A stretch of 64,000 nucleotides of DNA from contig RHPI01001715.1 in the NCBI GenBank assembly GCA_009103225.1, forward strand, positions 373,819 to 437,818. The letters run 5' to 3'. The notes below the pieces were generated by a model, which was not told the origin of the DNA, did not search any database, and worked only from the letters and a program-made list of their open reading frames with translations. The position numbers were made by a program, and so were the translations under genes. Positions 61,317-64,000 of this stretch are shown one piece after another. The stretch is from Chlorokybus atmophyticus (taxonomy: Eukaryota; Plantae; Mesostigma and Chlorokybus algae). Every line of letters starts with the position of its first letter. The first letter of the stretch is position 1.

Positions 61317-64000
61317 TTGCCTGCGAGACCCCTTGTCTATTTCGACCTGGAATGTCCGCAGCCTCAATGCCTCATCCTCCTCTCTCGGAGCCAACAAGCG
61401 CTCACGCTTGCTCACGCGCTGGCGTGACTGGTGCCTCCCCCGCAATTCAATTCTGTTCTTGCAAGAAACAAAACTCTCCCCCTCCTCCATGTGGCTTCGC
61501 CGTTTCTGGGGTGGGGGGTCCGTCTGGTCTCATGCTGACGGCACCAGAGGCGGGGTGGCCATTCTCTGCCCTCTTCTTTGGTCAAAGTACGTGGTTGACC
61601 AGGGCGAGGCTGTTCCCTCTAGATGCTGCTGGTTACGCATCCGTTGGGGAGAGGGCCTGTTGTTGCTTGTGTGCGTGTATGCCCCCACGGAGCGCACAGA
61701 GAGGGCTAGCTTCTTCACCTCTCTCCCGTCCCTCCTCCCCGCAGCTGACTGGGCGCTGCTTGGGGGGGATTGGAACGCGGTTGAAGACCCCTCCCTCGAC
61801 AGGTCCCCCCCCTCTTCCTCCTCTCATGAGTCTCCGGCTCTGCTGCAGCTCTGTGAGGAGCTGCAGGTGGAGGACGTTTACCGCACCCTCCACCCCAACG
61901 AGCTCTCGTTCTCTTGGGATAACGCGCACCTTGGCCCCTCTCGTCGGGCTGGCCGACTCGACAGATTTTACCTCAGCCTGGATCTCCGCACATGGGTGGA
62001 CGACAGCTCCGTGATCAACACGGAAGTCCTCTCTGACCACCGGCGTGTCCATATCCAATTGGCGCTGCCGGGCTCTTTCTCTCCTCTCCCCGGGCTGTGG
62101 AAATGCAGCCCCTCCCTCCTCACTGACCCTTTGTTCTTCGCCGCCGCTGAACAGCTCTGGGTCTCTCGCACCCCCCCCTTCCCGGTCCCTCCTTCTCATG
62201 TCGTGGGCTGGTTCGAGGAGGGGCTGGAGGCTTTGACTGTTCTTGCCAAACAGCATGATCGCCGACGGCGCCATGCCAAGGCCCAGCACCAGCGTCGCCT
62301 CCGCGTCGATCTCTCTTCTGCTCGCGAGCGACTTGATGCTGCTCCGCAAGACATGCTCATGCACGCAGAGCTGGTCCGCCTTCAGTCCGACCTGACTGCC
62401 GCGGAAGAAGATGAGGACACGGCGAGGGGGATAAGGGCTCACTCTCGCTGGAGGCTCCAGGGGGAGCGCATGACTTCCTATTTCTTCTCTAGAGCAAAGG
62501 CCCCTCAGCACTCCTCGGCTATCCGTTCTTTCTCTCACTCCACCACCCGTCACTCTCCTCCATTGACCTCTCAACGGCAGATTGTGGAGGCCTGCGCGGG
62601 TTTCTACCGTGACCTCTTCACCTCCTCCCCTGTCTTGCAGCCGGCGAAGCAGGCTGCTATGCATGCTTGCTGGTCGGTGATGGAACGCGCTCTCACGCCT
62701 GAGATGGCTGAGCAGCTGGACTCTCCTCTCCTTTTGGAGGACCTGTGGCGGGCACTGTCTAGCATGGAGCCCCACCGCTGCCCGGGACGGGATGGGCTCA
62801 CGGCGGCCTTCTGGAGGAAGATGTTGCCGGTCTTGGGAGAGGGCTACTTTCGCTACTGTCTACAGGTCTTGGCCCGCGGCAGTTTGGGGGCCTCGCAAAA
62901 GGTGGGGGTGGTCTCTCTCATACACAAGAAGGGTGAACTAGGTGATCTCCGGAATTGGAGGCCAATCACCCTCCTGCCGCTGCACTACAAGATCTTGGCT
63001 AAAGCGGTAGCCTCTCGACTGGCGCCTCTTCTCCCTCTCGTGATCAGCCCGGAACAGGCTGGTTTTGTCCGGCACTGTTTCATTCTGGACAACGTGCTCT
63101 CCGCCCTAGATCTCCTCGACCTGGGCAAGGAGTCCGCCTCCTCCTGCGCTCTCCTTATGCTGGATTTTGAAAAAGCTTTTGACAGGTTGGACTGGAGCTT
63201 CATTGATGGAGCCCTCTCGGCGCAAGGTTTCGGCCCCTCTTTCCGTTTCTGGGTACGCACCCTCAACGGTGGAGGCAACAGTCAGGTGCTGGTCAATGGT
63301 GAGCTCTCAGCGGAGTTTGAGCTGCAACGCAGCGTCCGTCAAGGCTGCCCGCTGGCCCCGTCCCTCTTCATCCTAGCCTCGGAGGCTCTGGGCGCACTCT
63401 TGCGAGCGAACCCCCTGCTACGCGGTTTCCCCCTGCCTTCAATCCGCATGGGCTCCTCGGAGACTAAGGCTCACGGCGAGGAGGACGTTGAGGACATTCG
63501 TCACTTCGAGTACGCGGACGACTTTACCATTGTTTTGAAGCTGACGGCGGAGGCCCGAGTGGCCTTTTCCTCCACCATTGATATCTATTGCCTTGCGTCT
63601 GATTCACTGCTTAGTTGGCAGAAGACGTGTGGCATTCTCTTTGGCGCCCCCCCTCCTTTCTCGGTGGCTGACTGGGAGATCCATTGGCTTGCCCCGGGAG
63701 AGGCAGTGACGCTCCTTGGCGTTCCGATGGGCTTGTCTCTTCAACAAGACCAACTCTTCGCGGACACCATTCGAAAGATTCAATCCAGGTTGGACGTGTG
63801 GTCACGGCAAGGGCTCTCCCTGCTCGGTCGTGCACTTGTTGCCAATAGCTCCGTCTTGGCTTGCTTGTGGTACCTGGCGGCCATATGCTCCCCCTCTCGC
63901 TCCTCTCTCTCTTCCCTCCGATCGTCTTGTCGGTCTTTGTTGTGGGGTCGCGGGCAACAAGGCTCCCCGGCAAAAGGCAAGGTGCGTTGGGAGGTCCTTC
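61309..64000 (+). mobile_element. L1/Tx1-type LINE ORF2 (APE endonuclease plus reverse transcriptase), open to window end
   Basis: I translated ATG 61309 codon by codon to 64000 without a stop: STWNVRSL, LFLQETK, GGVAIL, VYAP, GGDWN, RLDRFY, SDHRRV (APE); PGRDGLT, NWRPITLL, LDFEKAFD, VRQGCPLAP, YADD, LLGVP (RT). Confidence 0.96.

Noticed and set aside
61352-63980. Listed ORFs such as 61633..62775- and 61352..62014+
   Set aside because: Alternative-frame or antisense shadows of the uninterrupted LINE ORF2.
1-64000. tRNA, rRNA or telomeric arrays
   Set aside because: No cloverleaf, rRNA-like segment or tandem TTTAGGG array seen; only isolated telo-boxes.

Overview
Eukaryotic, intron-rich nuclear DNA from a draft short-read assembly. 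N-gaps are flanked by poly-G/C at 8060-8079, 18277-18477, 29273-29469, 40035-40087 and 59044-59743, and there is a single N at 2243. Gene content (MS5/SDI-type TPR protein, plant ATP synthase FAd, CENPC-k-type KNL2, a decayed outer-arm dynein intermediate chain) suggests a streptophyte green alga; this is inference. The left ~44 kb is a compact gene neighbourhood reconstructed by splicing exons by eye: 3' end of an NAD(P)-dependent epimerase, KNL2, LSM2, a SIVA-family zinc-finger gene, MMS21/NSE2, farnesyltransferase beta, an MS5/SDI-like TPR gene, ATP synthase FAd, a conserved plant protein and a secreted beta-propeller-like protein. Relics are interleaved: two CRE-like restriction-endonuclease retrotransposon fragments, a pair of decayed unknown paralogous ORFs, and a DNAI1/IC78 pseudogene. 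The right ~17 kb is a retrotransposon stack. The most striking element is a decayed Ty3/gypsy element whose pol carries a complete C5-cytosine DNA methyltransferase domain between protease and reverse transcriptase. It is followed by a second LTR/gag relic, a copia gag fragment, and an L1/Tx1-type LINE whose ORF2 is open to the window end and is absent from the ORF track. All homology calls are from remembered motifs, not database searches.
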